DNA of 64,000 nt from Candidatus Cryptobacteroides sp. (GTDB taxonomy: Bacteria; Bacteroidota; Bacteroidia; Bacteroidales; UBA932). Shown in pieces: positions 20,079 through 30,541 of the stretch. A program made the position numbers and the translations under genes. The notes below the pieces were generated by a model that was given only the letters and a program-made list of their open reading frames with translations, was not told the origin of the DNA and did no database searches. How positions within the stretch are numbered: the stretch's first letter is position 1; every line of letters starts with the position of its first letter. The stretch covers positions 15,504 through 79,503 of the forward strand of contig JAZLKN010000042.1 in the NCBI GenBank assembly GCA_045597605.1, written 5' to 3'.

Positions 20079-20110
20079 GAGGCCGGCCAAAATAACTTTT
20101 GGTCGGCCTC
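20079..20110. terminator. Terminator-like hairpin
   Basis: GAGGCCGGCCAAAA-TAAC-TTTTGGTCGGCCTC; core nearly identical to the hairpin at 60818-60845. Confidence 0.7.
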
Positions 20111-20157
20111 CTCGTTTATGCCATATTCCACCGTACAGGCGAATGAACGGATTATCA

Positions 20158-20253
20158 AAACGGGCCATAGCACTTCACGGCACGTTTATCATGGGTTATG
20201 TGCCGTGAAGTGCTATGGCCCGTTTCCTCAATGTCACCGAAGTGGCATAGGCA
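20158..20253. repeat. Long palindrome, loop-conserved family copy 2, plus conserved flank
   Basis: Perfect 26-bp arms 20158-20183 / 20200-20225, loop GTTTATCATGGGTTAT; flank 20226-20253 matches 60732-60759 in reverse complement (24/28). Confidence 0.95.
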
Positions 20254-20270
20254 ATTTTATTGATGTACTG

Positions 20271-21107
20271 TCAGAGAGTCAGCTCGGAAATGATGGACTC
20301 GAAGAGGGCTGACATCTTGTCTGCGGCGGCATCTGCGGCTGCAACTACCTCGGCACCATCGATGACGAAATCATCGTCACGTGTCTCCGTGGCAACGTCG
20401 GTGATTATGGACACACCGAAAACGGAAATGCCGCAATGGCGGGCGACGATAACCTCGGGAACGGTACTCATTCCTATGGCGTCACCGCCCATTATTCGAT
20501 AGCAATGGCACTCTGAAGGAGTCTCGTAAGTGGGGCCTGTAACCGACACGTAAACACCTTTGGTAACCGATATACCCAGTTTGAGAGCGCATTGTTCGGC
20601 AAGCTTGATGATTGCGGGGCTGTAGGGACGGCTCATATCCGGGAAACGGGGGCCGAAATTGTCGAGATTGGGGCCTATAAGCGGGCTGGGTGCCATATTG
20701 ATATGGTCCCTTATAATCATAAGGTCACCGATATTGTAATTCAGGTTCAAGCCGCCGGCTGCATTCGAAACGAAGAGATAGCGTATGCCGAGAACTGACA
20801 TCACGCGCTGGGGCAGAGTGACCTGCTGCATCGTATAGCCTTCGTAGAAATGGAAACGTCCCTGCATCGCCAGAACAGTTTTTCCGGCCAGGTTGCCTAT
20901 AATCAGATTACCCTTGTGACCTATGGCCGTGCTCTCAGGGAATCCCGGTATCTCCTTATAAGGTATTACCGTCGTATCTGTTATATTGTCTGCGAGTTTG
21001 CCCAGACCACTACCCAGGATGATGGCAATCTGAGGTTTTCTGTCGTCTTTCGATCTGATGTAGGCGGCCGCCTCGTTAATCAGTTTCACATAGCTTGCAA
21101 CGTCCAT
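20271..21107 (-). CDS. punA: Purine-nucleoside phosphorylase (trimeric type)
   Basis: IILGSGLG, GHKGNL, MQGRFHFYEGY, SNAAGG, GPTYET, GMSTVPEV. Start placed at ATG 21107. Confidence 0.96.
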   Translation of the reverse strand: MDVASYVKLINEAAAYIRSKDDRKPQIAIILGSGLGKLADNITDTTVIPYKEIPGFPESTAIGHKGNLIIGNLAGKTVLAMQGRFHFYEGYTMQQVTLPQRVMSVLGIRYLFVSNAAGGLNLNYNIGDLMIIRDHINMAPSPLIGPNLDNFGPRFPDMSRPYSPAIIKLAEQCALKLGISVTKGVYVSVTGPTYETPSECHCYRIMGGDAIGMSTVPEVIVARHCGISVFGVSIITDVATETRDDDFVIDGAEVVAAADAAADKMSALFESIISELTL

Positions 21108-21197
21108 ATCTTTCTTCTTAAAATTTTTCAAATATAGCAAAATTTCCACAAAAAAAATGTTAACTTTGCAAACAAGTGATTCAAATTGGTGTATTGT

Positions 21198-21467
21198 ATG
21201 CTTGAGGAACTTCAAAACAATCTGAATATTCTTATCAGCGCATATGAAACACAGAAAGAACGCGCGGACAAGGCAGAGAAGGAGCTTGAGAGATACAAAG
21301 CACGATTTGAAGAAGCGAACACCAAAGTTAAAGAACTGGAAGGAAATATTGGCAACCTTAGTTTGAAGAATGTGTTCACGTCTTCATCAGCAGACAAAAC
21401 TGAGGCCAAGGCCAGGATTGACAAACTCATAAAGGAGATTGATACAGCGCTGGCATTGCTGAAGTGA
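21198..21467 (+). CDS. Coiled-coil protein, ZapB-like
   Basis: Heptad-rich sequence; typical position directly upstream of zapA. Confidence 0.7.
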   Translation: MLEELQNNLNILISAYETQKERADKAEKELERYKARFEEANTKVKELEGNIGNLSLKNVFTSSSADKTEAKARIDKLIKEIDTALALLK

Positions 21468-21468
21468 T

Positions 21469-21759
21469 ATGGGACAGGAACACAGAATAAAGGTCAAGAT
21501 AGCGGATCGCAGTTACAACCGGACAATACACTCCGAGTTGGAAGAGGAAGCAATCAGAAAGGCTGCGCAGGGGATAAATGAAAAAATAGTCAAATTGTCC
21601 AGACTATACACCCAAGTGCCTCTGATTGACATTATTACAATAGTTGCCCTCAATGAGGGCATTGAAAAGTTTGAAATCCGGAAGAAACTGGACGAAAACG
21701 ATTCAGGAATAAGCAGGCTTTCCGCAGACTTGAAAAACTATGTCGAGTCATTGAAATAG
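21469..21759 (+). CDS. zapA: Cell division protein ZapA
   Basis: IKVKIADRSY..EEEAIRKAA..INEKI pattern and synteny with rny. Confidence 0.85.
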   Translation: MGQEHRIKVKIADRSYNRTIHSELEEEAIRKAAQGINEKIVKLSRLYTQVPLIDIITIVALNEGIEKFEIRKKLDENDSGISRLSADLKNYVESLK

Positions 21760-21938
21760 CCGTCAGAGATTTTTTTGCCGAAATCACTGAAGCAAAAGTT
21801 AAAGGGGTAACCTCGATGCCGGATGACGGACCTATGTAACCTCACGACGTGAGGGATTCTGCAAAGGACGGAGGATGTCTGAACGTTATCGGAGCCTAAA
21901 TCTTACATGATAAGATTTCCCGGACAAAACTGACGGCT
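21758..21938 (+). ncRNA. ssrS: 6S RNA (SsrS) candidate
   Basis: 181-nt segment closed by AGCCGTCAG (21758-21766) / CTGACGGCT (21930-21938), lying between zapA and rny, the usual 6S position. Confidence 0.72.
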
Positions 21939-21965
21939 TTTTACCCTTCCACAAAACAAATTATT

Positions 21966-23510
21966 ATGAGCAGCATAGTATTGTGTATCCTGTGCAGTGT
22001 GCTGTCGGCAATCGTAGCGATTGTCCTGTACATTGTGGTCAGAAAATCTGTCCAGAAAGGCAGAAAGGACGAAATCATCCGTCAGGCAGAGCTTGAGGGA
22101 GAGAAAATCAAGAACGAGAAAATCTTCCAGGCCAAGGAGAAATTCCTTCACCTGAAAGAAGAGCACGAAAAGGTAATCAACGAAAAGAACAACGCTATCC
22201 GCGAGGCCGAGAACCGCGTCAAGCAGAAAGAGAATGCGCTGAACCAGCAGAATTCCGAGCTTGGAAGGAAGAACAAGGAGGCGGATGCAATACGCGAGAA
22301 CCTGAAGGCCCAGCTGGAGGTTGTCGCCAAGAAAGAGGAGGAATACGAAAAGCTGCGCGCCCAGGCCATATCGCAGATTGAGAACATCGCCGGCATGAGT
22401 GCCAAAGAGGCTAAGGAACAACTTATCCAGAGTATGAAGGATGAGGCAAGGACCGAGGCCCAGAGCTACATCAACGACGTTATGGACGAGGCCCGTCTCA
22501 CGGCGTCCAAAGAGGCCAAGAGAATAGTCATAAATACCATACAGCGTACAGCCACGGAGACTGCCATCGAGAATTCAGTTTCCGTATTCCACATTGACAA
22601 CGACGAGGTGAAAGGCCGTATCATAGGACGTGAAGGACGCAACATACGCGCTCTGGAGGCTGCCTGCGGTGTGGAAATCGTCGTGGATGACACTCCGGAT
22701 GCAATATTGATTTCCGGTTTCGACCCGGTGCGCAGGGAGATTGCCAGACTTTCGCTCCATCAGCTGGTCGTAGACGGACGTATCCATCCCGCAAGGATTG
22801 AAGAGGTCGTGACCAAAGTGACCAAGCAGATAGAGGATGAGATAATGGAAACCGGCAAGCGTACCTGCATCGACCTTGGCATACACGGTCTCAGCCCTGA
22901 ACTCGTACGTCTGGTCGGCCGTATGAAATATCGTTCGTCATACGGACAGAACCTGTTGAAGCACAGCCGTGAGGTGGCCAATATCTCCGCGATAATGGCA
23001 GCTGAGCTCGGTCTCAACACCAAAATTGCAAAAAGGGCCGGTCTGCTCCACGATATAGGTAAGGTAAGCGAGGAAGAGCCTGATCTGCCTCACGCACTTC
23101 TGGGTATGAAGCTCGCAGAGCAGTACAAGGAGAAGCCCGAGGTTTGCAATGCAATCGGTGCGCACCACGAGGAAATAGAGATGCTGACCACCATAGCACC
23201 CATAGTAATGGTTGCTGATGCCATTTCAGGTGCCCGTCCCGGAGCACGCCGGGAAGTCATAGAGTCCTACATCAAGAGGCTCAACGATATGGAGAACATC
23301 GCATCTTCATACAACGGCGTGACCAAGGCCTATGCAATACAGGCAGGCCGCGAGCTCAGGGTAATCGTGGGTGCGGATCAGGTCAGCGACGCGGATGTCG
23401 AGAAGATGAGTGCTCAGATAGCCAAGCAGATACAGGACGAAATGACATATCCCGGACAGGTGAAGATCACCGTAATCAGGGAAATACGTTCCGTGGCTAT
23501 AGCCAAATAA
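21966..23510 (+). CDS. rny: Ribonuclease Y
   Basis: N-terminal TM helix, coiled coil, KH motif [15 protein letters not shown] motif [19 protein letters not shown]. Confidence 0.98.
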   Translation: MSSIVLCILCSVLSAIVAIVLYIVVRKSVQKGRKDEIIRQAELEGEKIKNEKIFQAKEKFLHLKEEHEKVINEKNNAIREAENRVKQKENALNQQNSELGRKNKEADAIRENLKAQLEVVAKKEEEYEKLRAQAISQIENIAGMSAKEAKEQLIQSMKDEARTEAQSYINDVMDEARLTASKEAKRIVINTIQRTATETAIENSVSVFHIDNDEVKGRIIGREGRNIRALEAACGVEIVVDDTPDAILISGFDPVRREIARLSLHQLVVDGRIHPARIEEVVTKVTKQIEDEIMETGKRTCIDLGIHGLSPELVRLVGRMKYRSSYGQNLLKHSREVANISAIMAAELGLNTKIAKRAGLLHDIGKVSEEEPDLPHALLGMKLAEQYKEKPEVCNAIGAHHEEIEMLTTIAPIVMVADAISGARPGARREVIESYIKRLNDMENIASSYNGVTKAYAIQAGRELRVIVGADQVSDADVEKMSAQIAKQIQDEMTYPGQVKITVIREIRSVAIAK

Positions 23511-23512
23511 AA

Positions 23513-24610
23513 CTAAAGATTATACTTCACGCAGATCATCTGGCGTGAACCTGCAAAGCCTCCGTTGAACTGGAAGTCGAGCTGAATGCGGAAAGTAAGC
23601 CGCCTGACGATGAAAGGTTCGTAATAAACGGAGACTTTGTCGTATATGCCGCAGGCTTTTCCGCCTCTGTTGCGGAGAAAAGGGTCACGCATATACAGAT
23701 CCGTACCATACGGTGTCCCCTCGGGCGAAACTGCGTCAAAAAGAGTGAGCAGATCGCCTCCCACGTACAGATCATTGATTATGCCTACATTCCAATTGCG
23801 TATCTCCAGATACAACTCCCCTTTGGCCGGCGAAAGAAGATCACCGGAGACGTTTCTGTCGCGCTGGAAAGCCTGCAGATAGCCCATACGGGCCAGAAGC
23901 TTCTGGACGTGCGCATAGTGGGCCGCATTGTACTCTATATAGGGATTCACGAGAATGTCATCTACCACGCCCTGCGCCTTGATGGAATTGGCATAATGAT
24001 GAAGATGGGCACTGTATCCCAGTCTCAATCCGGGCAGAAATGTATGATGACCTGCAGAATATACCATGAACTGCTCCCTGGTGTCCGGGAAAGTCCGGCT
24101 CAGCATTCCCATCCAGTCCACACCGAACTCATATCCGAAATTCCTCCCTTTCCAGGAGAACTGCAAACCATCGTAAGTATCCTTCAGGAATCGTGCTCTT
24201 TCGCTGTAGAACGCTTCGGAGTAATACTCCGTGGATTTGGATCTGGGAAAGGCACCGGCAACTATGCTGAACCTGCATCTCTTCAGCGGAGCCGACATTT
24301 CGTACCACAGGAGAGGCTCCACTGTCCATCCGCCGCCGAATTCGTACAAGGGGTCCGCACCGGCAAGCAAACGCTGCTTCACCTTTGAACTGTCACTGCC
24401 GATTCTAATGCCCAGGCCCGCCTGAGCCCTTACCCCGAACAGGGTCCGGGAAATATCCAGTCCATCGCTCCTGTCATATTCACGGTTGTCAAATACGGTC
24501 TGGAAAGCCACATCGTAATCGAACTTGACAGACTGTCTCTCCCCTGCCCCGGCAAAAGAATAAACGGCACAGACGAGTGTGCCGCTTAAAAGTAGTTTCT
24601 TCATAATCAA
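23513..24610 (-). CDS. Outer-membrane beta-barrel hypothetical protein
   Basis: Signal peptide, alternating aromatic beta-strands, FDNREY motif. Confidence 0.65.
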   Translation of the reverse strand: MIMKKLLLSGTLVCAVYSFAGAGERQSVKFDYDVAFQTVFDNREYDRSDGLDISRTLFGVRAQAGLGIRIGSDSSKVKQRLLAGADPLYEFGGGWTVEPLLWYEMSAPLKRCRFSIVAGAFPRSKSTEYYSEAFYSERARFLKDTYDGLQFSWKGRNFGYEFGVDWMGMLSRTFPDTREQFMVYSAGHHTFLPGLRLGYSAHLHHYANSIKAQGVVDDILVNPYIEYNAAHYAHVQKLLARMGYLQAFQRDRNVSGDLLSPAKGELYLEIRNWNVGIINDLYVGGDLLTLFDAVSPEGTPYGTDLYMRDPFLRNRGGKACGIYDKVSVYYEPFIVRRLTFRIQLDFQFNGGFAGSRQMICVKYNL

Positions 24611-26484
24611 CGACGTCGGTAATTCGCTTTCTGCTGCTGTTCAGCCATCTTCTGCGCAGCCTCCAGCCGCTGTTGCCATTTGCTCTTCGGTAGGGGCTTG
24701 CCCTTGCTCGCCTCTATCTGAGCCATTATCTTCTCCGGCTTTACAATCCATTTCTTGATGATGAAATTCTGCACCATCATTACCAGGTTGCTGAGCAGAT
24801 AATAATAGCTCAAACCTGAAGACAGGCTGTTGCAGATGAAGAACATCATTATAGGCATAATCCAGACACTCATAAAGCGCATCGGAGCCATCTGAGGGTC
24901 ACTGCTCTTGGGCATCGTCATCCAGGAATAGAGCCACATAGTCACAGCCATAAGCAGAGCGAAAAGACTAAGGTGGTCCATACCGAGGAACTTGAAGCCG
25001 AAGTCGCAGATGGAATCGTACGCACTCAAATCCTCTGCCCACAGGAAAGGCTGCTGACGCAGCTCTATGGACACGGGGAAGAAGCGGAACATCGCCCAGA
25101 GTATAGGAATGGTCAGAAGCATAGGCAGGCAGCCTCCGGCAGGATTTATACCCGCCCTCTTGTAGAGTTCCATCTGGGCCTGCTGCTTTTTCATCGCCTC
25201 CTTCTGGTCAGAAGCGGCCTTGGGGAATTTCTCGTTCAACTTGTCAATCTCGGGCCTGATGGCATTCATCTTGGCCGAAGACATATAGGACTTCATTGTC
25301 AGAGGAGATATCACCAATTTGATAAGTACAGTCATTATCAAGATGATGACACCAAAATTGGCTATCCTTGCACTGAGCCATTTGAAGCAGGGAATTATCA
25401 CAAATCGGGTGATAAGACCTATTATATTGCCACCTATGGTGATGGTCTTCTCGTATTTGCGGTCGTAGCTGCGGAGTTCGTAGTAATCATTCGGTCCGAA
25501 ATAGAACTCGTAATCATACTTTGCATCTCCGTTCTGAAGGGTAATTTCCTCCCTTAGCTTTGCCGAACAGGTCATCAGGGCACCCTGAGCATCATTCTCC
25601 TGAGCGAAGGCAAGACCTACCTCACCGTTGGAAAAGCCTGCGGGAGCAGTGAGGATAGCGCTGAAGAACTGCTGATTGAAGTCTATCCACTCCAGCCTGC
25701 TGTCATAACGTTTGCTGCCGTCACGGCCACCCTTGCCTACAACCTCAGGCTTCTTGTCACCGGGACAGTATATCTCAATCTTGGAATACTGCTTCTCGTT
25801 CTTGTAGCCTTTCTCTAATCTGGGTATCTTCAGCGTCCAGTCTATGTCGAACATCGACACATTCCTCGGGATATTGTTTTGCATCCCGTTGAATGACAGT
25901 TCGTTGTAAACCATATAGGAGTCAGCGGGAAGCGTATATTTCTGCTGGATATAACCGCCGTCAGCGAATACCAGCCTCATCACGGCAACGCTGTCCGACG
26001 CCTCCACGAGCTGGAAGTTGAAATCACGGGTATTGATGTACTCGCCGGTATAGACGCTGATACCGTAATCGCTCCACTGAGGTTTCACAAGCATCAGGGA
26101 GTCTCCGCCGTATGCCTTGTAACCGAGAACGTTGACACTGTAGGGCTGGGCGCCCTTGGTCGTCAGAACGACTTCAACCTTTTCATTGCGAAGGAACACC
26201 AGAGACGCATCCTCTCCGGCGGCAACACCGAGGGACTCATCCTTGTATATATTTGTCCTCTGTTCCGGCTCGGACACGACGGTCTGTGATGCTGCATTCC
26301 CCGCCTGCATGGCCGCCAGTGAATCAAGAGCGATTCTCTGCATAGCCTCCATCCTTGCAACAGAGTCTATCTGTGCCTGTGCCTGAAGCTGTTTTTCATA
26401 CTGTTTGGACTGATACCAGCCGAAGCCGAAAATTATGGCGGCTATGAGTACCAGTCCTATAATCGAATCCTTATTCATTGCCAC
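24607..26484 (-). CDS. yidC: Membrane protein insertase YidC
   Basis: [52 protein letters not shown]. Confidence 0.97.
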   Translation of the reverse strand: MAMNKDSIIGLVLIAAIIFGFGWYQSKQYEKQLQAQAQIDSVARMEAMQRIALDSLAAMQAGNAASQTVVSEPEQRTNIYKDESLGVAAGEDASLVFLRNEKVEVVLTTKGAQPYSVNVLGYKAYGGDSLMLVKPQWSDYGISVYTGEYINTRDFNFQLVEASDSVAVMRLVFADGGYIQQKYTLPADSYMVYNELSFNGMQNNIPRNVSMFDIDWTLKIPRLEKGYKNEKQYSKIEIYCPGDKKPEVVGKGGRDGSKRYDSRLEWIDFNQQFFSAILTAPAGFSNGEVGLAFAQENDAQGALMTCSAKLREEITLQNGDAKYDYEFYFGPNDYYELRSYDRKYEKTITIGGNIIGLITRFVIIPCFKWLSARIANFGVIILIMTVLIKLVISPLTMKSYMSSAKMNAIRPEIDKLNEKFPKAASDQKEAMKKQQAQMELYKRAGINPAGGCLPMLLTIPILWAMFRFFPVSIELRQQPFLWAEDLSAYDSICDFGFKFLGMDHLSLFALLMAVTMWLYSWMTMPKSSDPQMAPMRFMSVWIMPIMMFFICNSLSSGLSYYYLLSNLVMMVQNFIIKKWIVKPEKIMAQIEASKGKPLPKSKWQQRLEAAQKMAEQQQKANYRRR

Positions 26485-27955
26485 GCTCCTCTTCTATGCT
26501 ACGAATCTTCTCTTCCAGAGACTTAAGTTCCAGTTTTGCATCGTCTATGCCTTTCTTCATCTGCTCAACAAGGGCATTCCCGGCACCACGGGCGAAGAAA
26601 AGAATGTTGTTTTCCTTTGTTGCAATCTCCTGTTCGAGCGACTTGTACTTCGCAACGAGTTTCTCCCTTTCGGTAAGAACTCTCGCAGCTGGTCTCAAAG
26701 ACTGACGGGTCTGTCTCTGTTCCCTTGAAGTCTTGAAGTTCTTCTCCTTTTCCTCGAAGAACTCGTCACAGGCAGCGCGGAATCTCTTCCACAGGGCATC
26801 TGACTTCTTGCGGGGAACGGCACCTATCTCCTTCCACTTCTTCTGAAGGTCAATGAACTGGTCAGTAGCCTTCTTCCATTCCTGTGAAGTTTTCAGCTGC
26901 TCGGCTGCCTCGCAGATGGCAATCTTCTTGTTGAGGTTTTCCTCCATATCATCCTTGAAACTCGCGTAGAAGTCGCGCTTGCGTCCGTAGAATTTATCGC
27001 AGGCGGCACGGAAGCGTTCATATATCTTCTGATTTTCCTTCCTTGTAGCGTAGCCTATCTTCCTCCACTCCGCCTGAACGGATTCGATTTCCTTGCTGAG
27101 ACTGTTCCACAGCTTGGAATCACCGATTTCCCTTTCGGCTATTTCCTCAACCTTGACACAAAGCTCCTGCTTCTTGGTAAGATTCTCCTCCTGCTCTTCT
27201 TTCACCGTCTCGAAATAGCCCTGATATTTTTTGTTAATCACGGCTGTTGCAACCTTGAATCTCTCCCATATCTCCTCACGATACTGCTTTGCAACGGGGC
27301 CGAGATCCTTCCAGGCATCGTGAAGCCTCTGCAGCTCCCTGAACGCCTCCATCACGTTCTCGCTTTCGGCCAGTTTCTCCGCCTTGCCGCACAAATCCAG
27401 CTTAGCCTCGAGATTCTTCTTGAAATCCAGGTCACGAAGCTCACGGTTAATCTTCAACCTGTCATAGAATTGTTCCACATAGAGCTGATAGGTATTGTTG
27501 ATGTCCCTGAAGTTCTGTGCAGGCACGGCTCCGATTTCTCTCCACCTGTCCTGTATAGCACGGAAATCAGGCAAGGTAGTGCTCACGTCCTCATCCTTTT
27601 CCAGAAGGGCCTTGAGGTCTTCGATGACCGTCTGTTTGGCCTTCAGATTGTCTTCTTTCTGGGCATCCAGCTGCTTGTTGTACGCGGCCTTCTCTTTCTT
27701 ATAGGCGGCATACAGGGCCTTGAAATTCTCCTCCACGGTCACGAGTACGTCCTGCGCCGTTTCCTCGACCTTCTCCTTTTCCTTGAGGAGGGTCTTGTAG
27801 AATGCGGACTTCAGGGCCTCGGCATCCTTGGCTCTCTGGAGACGGTCTTCACTGGTTGCAAATTGATGGAACAACTCCGAAAGTTCGGCGAGGGACTTTC
27901 CGGAATAATCGACTACTTCTGATTTTTGAACATCAGGATTAATGTTTTCGCTCAT
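26471..27955 (-). CDS. DUF349 repeat protein
   Basis: Repeats of K..W..IG.VP....LW.RF..A.D.FF; start placed at ATG 27955. Confidence 0.9.
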   Translation of the reverse strand: MSENINPDVQKSEVVDYSGKSLAELSELFHQFATSEDRLQRAKDAEALKSAFYKTLLKEKEKVEETAQDVLVTVEENFKALYAAYKKEKAAYNKQLDAQKEDNLKAKQTVIEDLKALLEKDEDVSTTLPDFRAIQDRWREIGAVPAQNFRDINNTYQLYVEQFYDRLKINRELRDLDFKKNLEAKLDLCGKAEKLAESENVMEAFRELQRLHDAWKDLGPVAKQYREEIWERFKVATAVINKKYQGYFETVKEEQEENLTKKQELCVKVEEIAEREIGDSKLWNSLSKEIESVQAEWRKIGYATRKENQKIYERFRAACDKFYGRKRDFYASFKDDMEENLNKKIAICEAAEQLKTSQEWKKATDQFIDLQKKWKEIGAVPRKKSDALWKRFRAACDEFFEEKEKNFKTSREQRQTRQSLRPAARVLTEREKLVAKYKSLEQEIATKENNILFFARGAGNALVEQMKKGIDDAKLELKSLEEKIRSIEEERGNE

Positions 27956-28053
27956 TGTGTTATTGTATTTTAATTCACAAATATACAAATCTTTTGCAAA
28001 AAACATCTATTTTTGCAGCGTCAAACACAACATTTCACATATCTGATACCAGT

Positions 28054-28731
28054 ATGCGCATCGATATACTCACAGTAGTGCCGGAACTCCTCGACAGCCC
28101 GCTCAACCATTCCATAGTAGGAAGAGCCGTGAAAAAGGGCCTTGTCGAGATTCACATACACAACCTCCGCAAATACGGTCTGGGGCCGCGCAAGAACGTA
28201 GATGACTACAGCTATGGCGGAGATGCCGGAATGGTTCTTATGGTGGAGCCGGTTTTCCGTATGATAGAAGAGCTCAAGGCGGAAAGGGAATATGATGAAG
28301 TCATATATATGTCCCCCGACGGGGAGATACTGGACCAGCCTATGGCCAACGAGCTGTCCCTCAAGGGCAACATAATCATACTGTGCGGCCACTATAAAGG
28401 CATCGACCACCGCATTCGCGAGCATCTGGTGACTAGGGAGATATCCATAGGCGACTATGTGCTGAGCGGGGGCGAAATACCGGCCGCGGTAGTAGTCGAT
28501 TCCATTGTGAGACTGATTCCGGGTGCGCTGACGGACGAGACCTCCGCCCTGTCGGACTCCTTCCAGGACAGTCTCCTATCCCCTCCCGTATATACCAGGC
28601 CGGCCTCGTTCAACGGATGGGACGTCCCCGAAGTGCTTCTATGCGGCGACCCGCGCAAGATTAAGGCATGGCAGGACGAGCAGGCGCTGGAAAGAACGGC
28701 CAAGCTTCGTCCAGAGTTGCTGAAAAAATAG
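28054..28731 (+). CDS. trmD: tRNA (guanine-N1)-methyltransferase
   Basis: [45 protein letters not shown]. Confidence 0.98.
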   Translation: MRIDILTVVPELLDSPLNHSIVGRAVKKGLVEIHIHNLRKYGLGPRKNVDDYSYGGDAGMVLMVEPVFRMIEELKAEREYDEVIYMSPDGEILDQPMANELSLKGNIIILCGHYKGIDHRIREHLVTREISIGDYVLSGGEIPAAVVVDSIVRLIPGALTDETSALSDSFQDSLLSPPVYTRPASFNGWDVPEVLLCGDPRKIKAWQDEQALERTAKLRPELLKK

Positions 28732-28790
28732 AATTTCCGTTTTCAGATTAGCGAAATTTTGGTATCTTTGCATCCCATAAAAACAAATTT

Positions 28791-30272
28791 ATGGGCAAAA
28801 TCGGTTTCGATAACGAGAAGTATCTTCGCATACAATCAGAACACATCAAAGAGCGCATAGCGCAGTTCAACGGCAAGTTGTATATGGAATTCGGAGGCAA
28901 GCTGGCCGATGATTACCACGCTTCACGCGTGCTCCCCGGTTTCGAACCGGACAGCAAGATAAAGATGCTGATGCAGCTCAAGGACTGTGCAGAAGTAATC
29001 ATAGTCATCAGCGCCATAGACATCGAGAAGAACAAGATACGCAGCGACTACGGCATCACCTACGACGAGGATCTTCTCAGGCTCAGGGACGAGTTCATGG
29101 ACTGCGGCTTGGAGGTCAACAGCGTGGTAATCACACATTTCAACGGACAGGAAAGCGCCATTGCCTACAGACAGCGTCTGGAAAGGACAGGCGTGAACGT
29201 ATATTATCACCACACCATCAAGGACTACCCCAACAACGTCCCCCTGATAGATTCGGAAGAGGGCTTCGGCAAGAACGATTACGTCAAGACGACACGCCCT
29301 CTGGTAGTTGTGACCGCCCCCGGCCCAGGCAGCGGCAAAATGGCCACCTGTCTGAGCCAGCTCTACCACGACCACAAGCACGGCATCAAGGCCGGATATG
29401 CCAAGTTCGAGACCTTCCCTATCTGGGATCTGCCGCTTAAACACCCCATACACCTGGCCTACGAGGCAGCCACGGCGGACTTGGACGACGTGAACATGAT
29501 TGACCCCTTCCATCTGGAAGCCTATGGAAAACTTGCCGTCAATTATAATAGGGACATAGAGATATTCCCCGTGCTGGACGCAATATTCACAGGCATCTTC
29601 GGAGAAAATCCCTACAAGTCCCCTACCGATATGGGTGTCAATATGATAGGCAGCTGCATCTGCGATGACGAAGTCTGCAGCGAAGCCGCGCGTCAAGAAA
29701 TAATCAGACGATACTACAAGGCGCTGAACGCCTTTGCTGACGGTAAGGCCAACGATGCTGAAATCAATAAGATAACCCTGCTGATGAGACAGGCCGGCAT
29801 CACGCCCGACAACAGGGCCGTTGCCGTTGCGGCTAAGGCAAAAAAGGAGGAATCCGGGATTTCGTCAGCAGCCATCGAACTGAACGACGGAACGGTGATT
29901 ACAGCCAAGTCCATCCCGCTTCTGGGAGCAAGCGCATCGCTGCTGCTCAACGCAACCAAGTATCTGGCCGGCATAGACCACCACATAAACCTGATACCTT
30001 CAAAAATGATAGAGCCCATACAGAAGACCAAGGTGAACTGCCTGGGAGGCCACAATCCCCGCCTGCACACCGATGAAGTTCTGATAGCCCTGTCAATGCT
30101 CAGCGTCTATGACGACAACTGCGCCAAGGCACTCGAACAGCTTCCCAAACTGAAGGGATGCCAGATTCACACCACCGAGATGCTCAGCGAGGTGGATTGC
30201 AACGTTTTCCGCAAACTTGGGATAGACCTCACCAGCGAACCTATCAGGAAACGCAAGAAACGCTACAATTAG
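28791..30272 (+). CDS. DUF1846 family protein
   Basis: MGKIGFDNEKYL, LYMEFGGKL, TAPGPGSGKMATCLSQLY, GYAKFETFPIW. Confidence 0.92.
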   Translation: MGKIGFDNEKYLRIQSEHIKERIAQFNGKLYMEFGGKLADDYHASRVLPGFEPDSKIKMLMQLKDCAEVIIVISAIDIEKNKIRSDYGITYDEDLLRLRDEFMDCGLEVNSVVITHFNGQESAIAYRQRLERTGVNVYYHHTIKDYPNNVPLIDSEEGFGKNDYVKTTRPLVVVTAPGPGSGKMATCLSQLYHDHKHGIKAGYAKFETFPIWDLPLKHPIHLAYEAATADLDDVNMIDPFHLEAYGKLAVNYNRDIEIFPVLDAIFTGIFGENPYKSPTDMGVNMIGSCICDDEVCSEAARQEIIRRYYKALNAFADGKANDAEINKITLLMRQAGITPDNRAVAVAAKAKKEESGISSAAIELNDGTVITAKSIPLLGASASLLLNATKYLAGIDHHINLIPSKMIEPIQKTKVNCLGGHNPRLHTDEVLIALSMLSVYDDNCAKALEQLPKLKGCQIHTTEMLSEVDCNVFRKLGIDLTSEPIRKRKKRYN

Positions 30273-30347
30273 CGTTCTGCTGCCGGTTGTTGGTTCGGAT
30301 TGCAATACTTCCAAGGTTTTTTTCAAAATCTCCCACCGTTTTTCTCT

Positions 30348-30385
30348 CAGACCCCACAGTTGGTGATTAAATACCGTGGGGTCTG
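30348..30385. terminator. Hairpin between convergent DUF1846 and hipT genes
   Basis: CAGACCCCAC / GTGGGGTCTG perfect 10-bp arms, 18-nt loop. Confidence 0.5.
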
Positions 30386-30541
30386 TGATTACAAGATATG
30401 GGGTCCCTGACTCTGAAGAGTGAGTCACAGTGGAGCGGAGCAAGATGGAAAGTAATCGTTGTTCATAGGCACGGACAAAATTTCTCCCACATATTCCGTT
30501 TCTGGTTCATCAGTACAGACGAATGAACTCGTATGCAACGC

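Noticed and set aside
20176-20207. Palindrome loop as a dif/Xer or parS site
   Set aside because: It lacks the XerD arm TTATGTTAAAT and the parS consensus, and occurs three times in 64 kb.
30428-30541. 38-codon in-frame continuation after the hipT TGA (possible read-through)
   Set aside because: The kinase is complete before the stop, there is no SECIS-like or read-through context, and this length is expected by chance.
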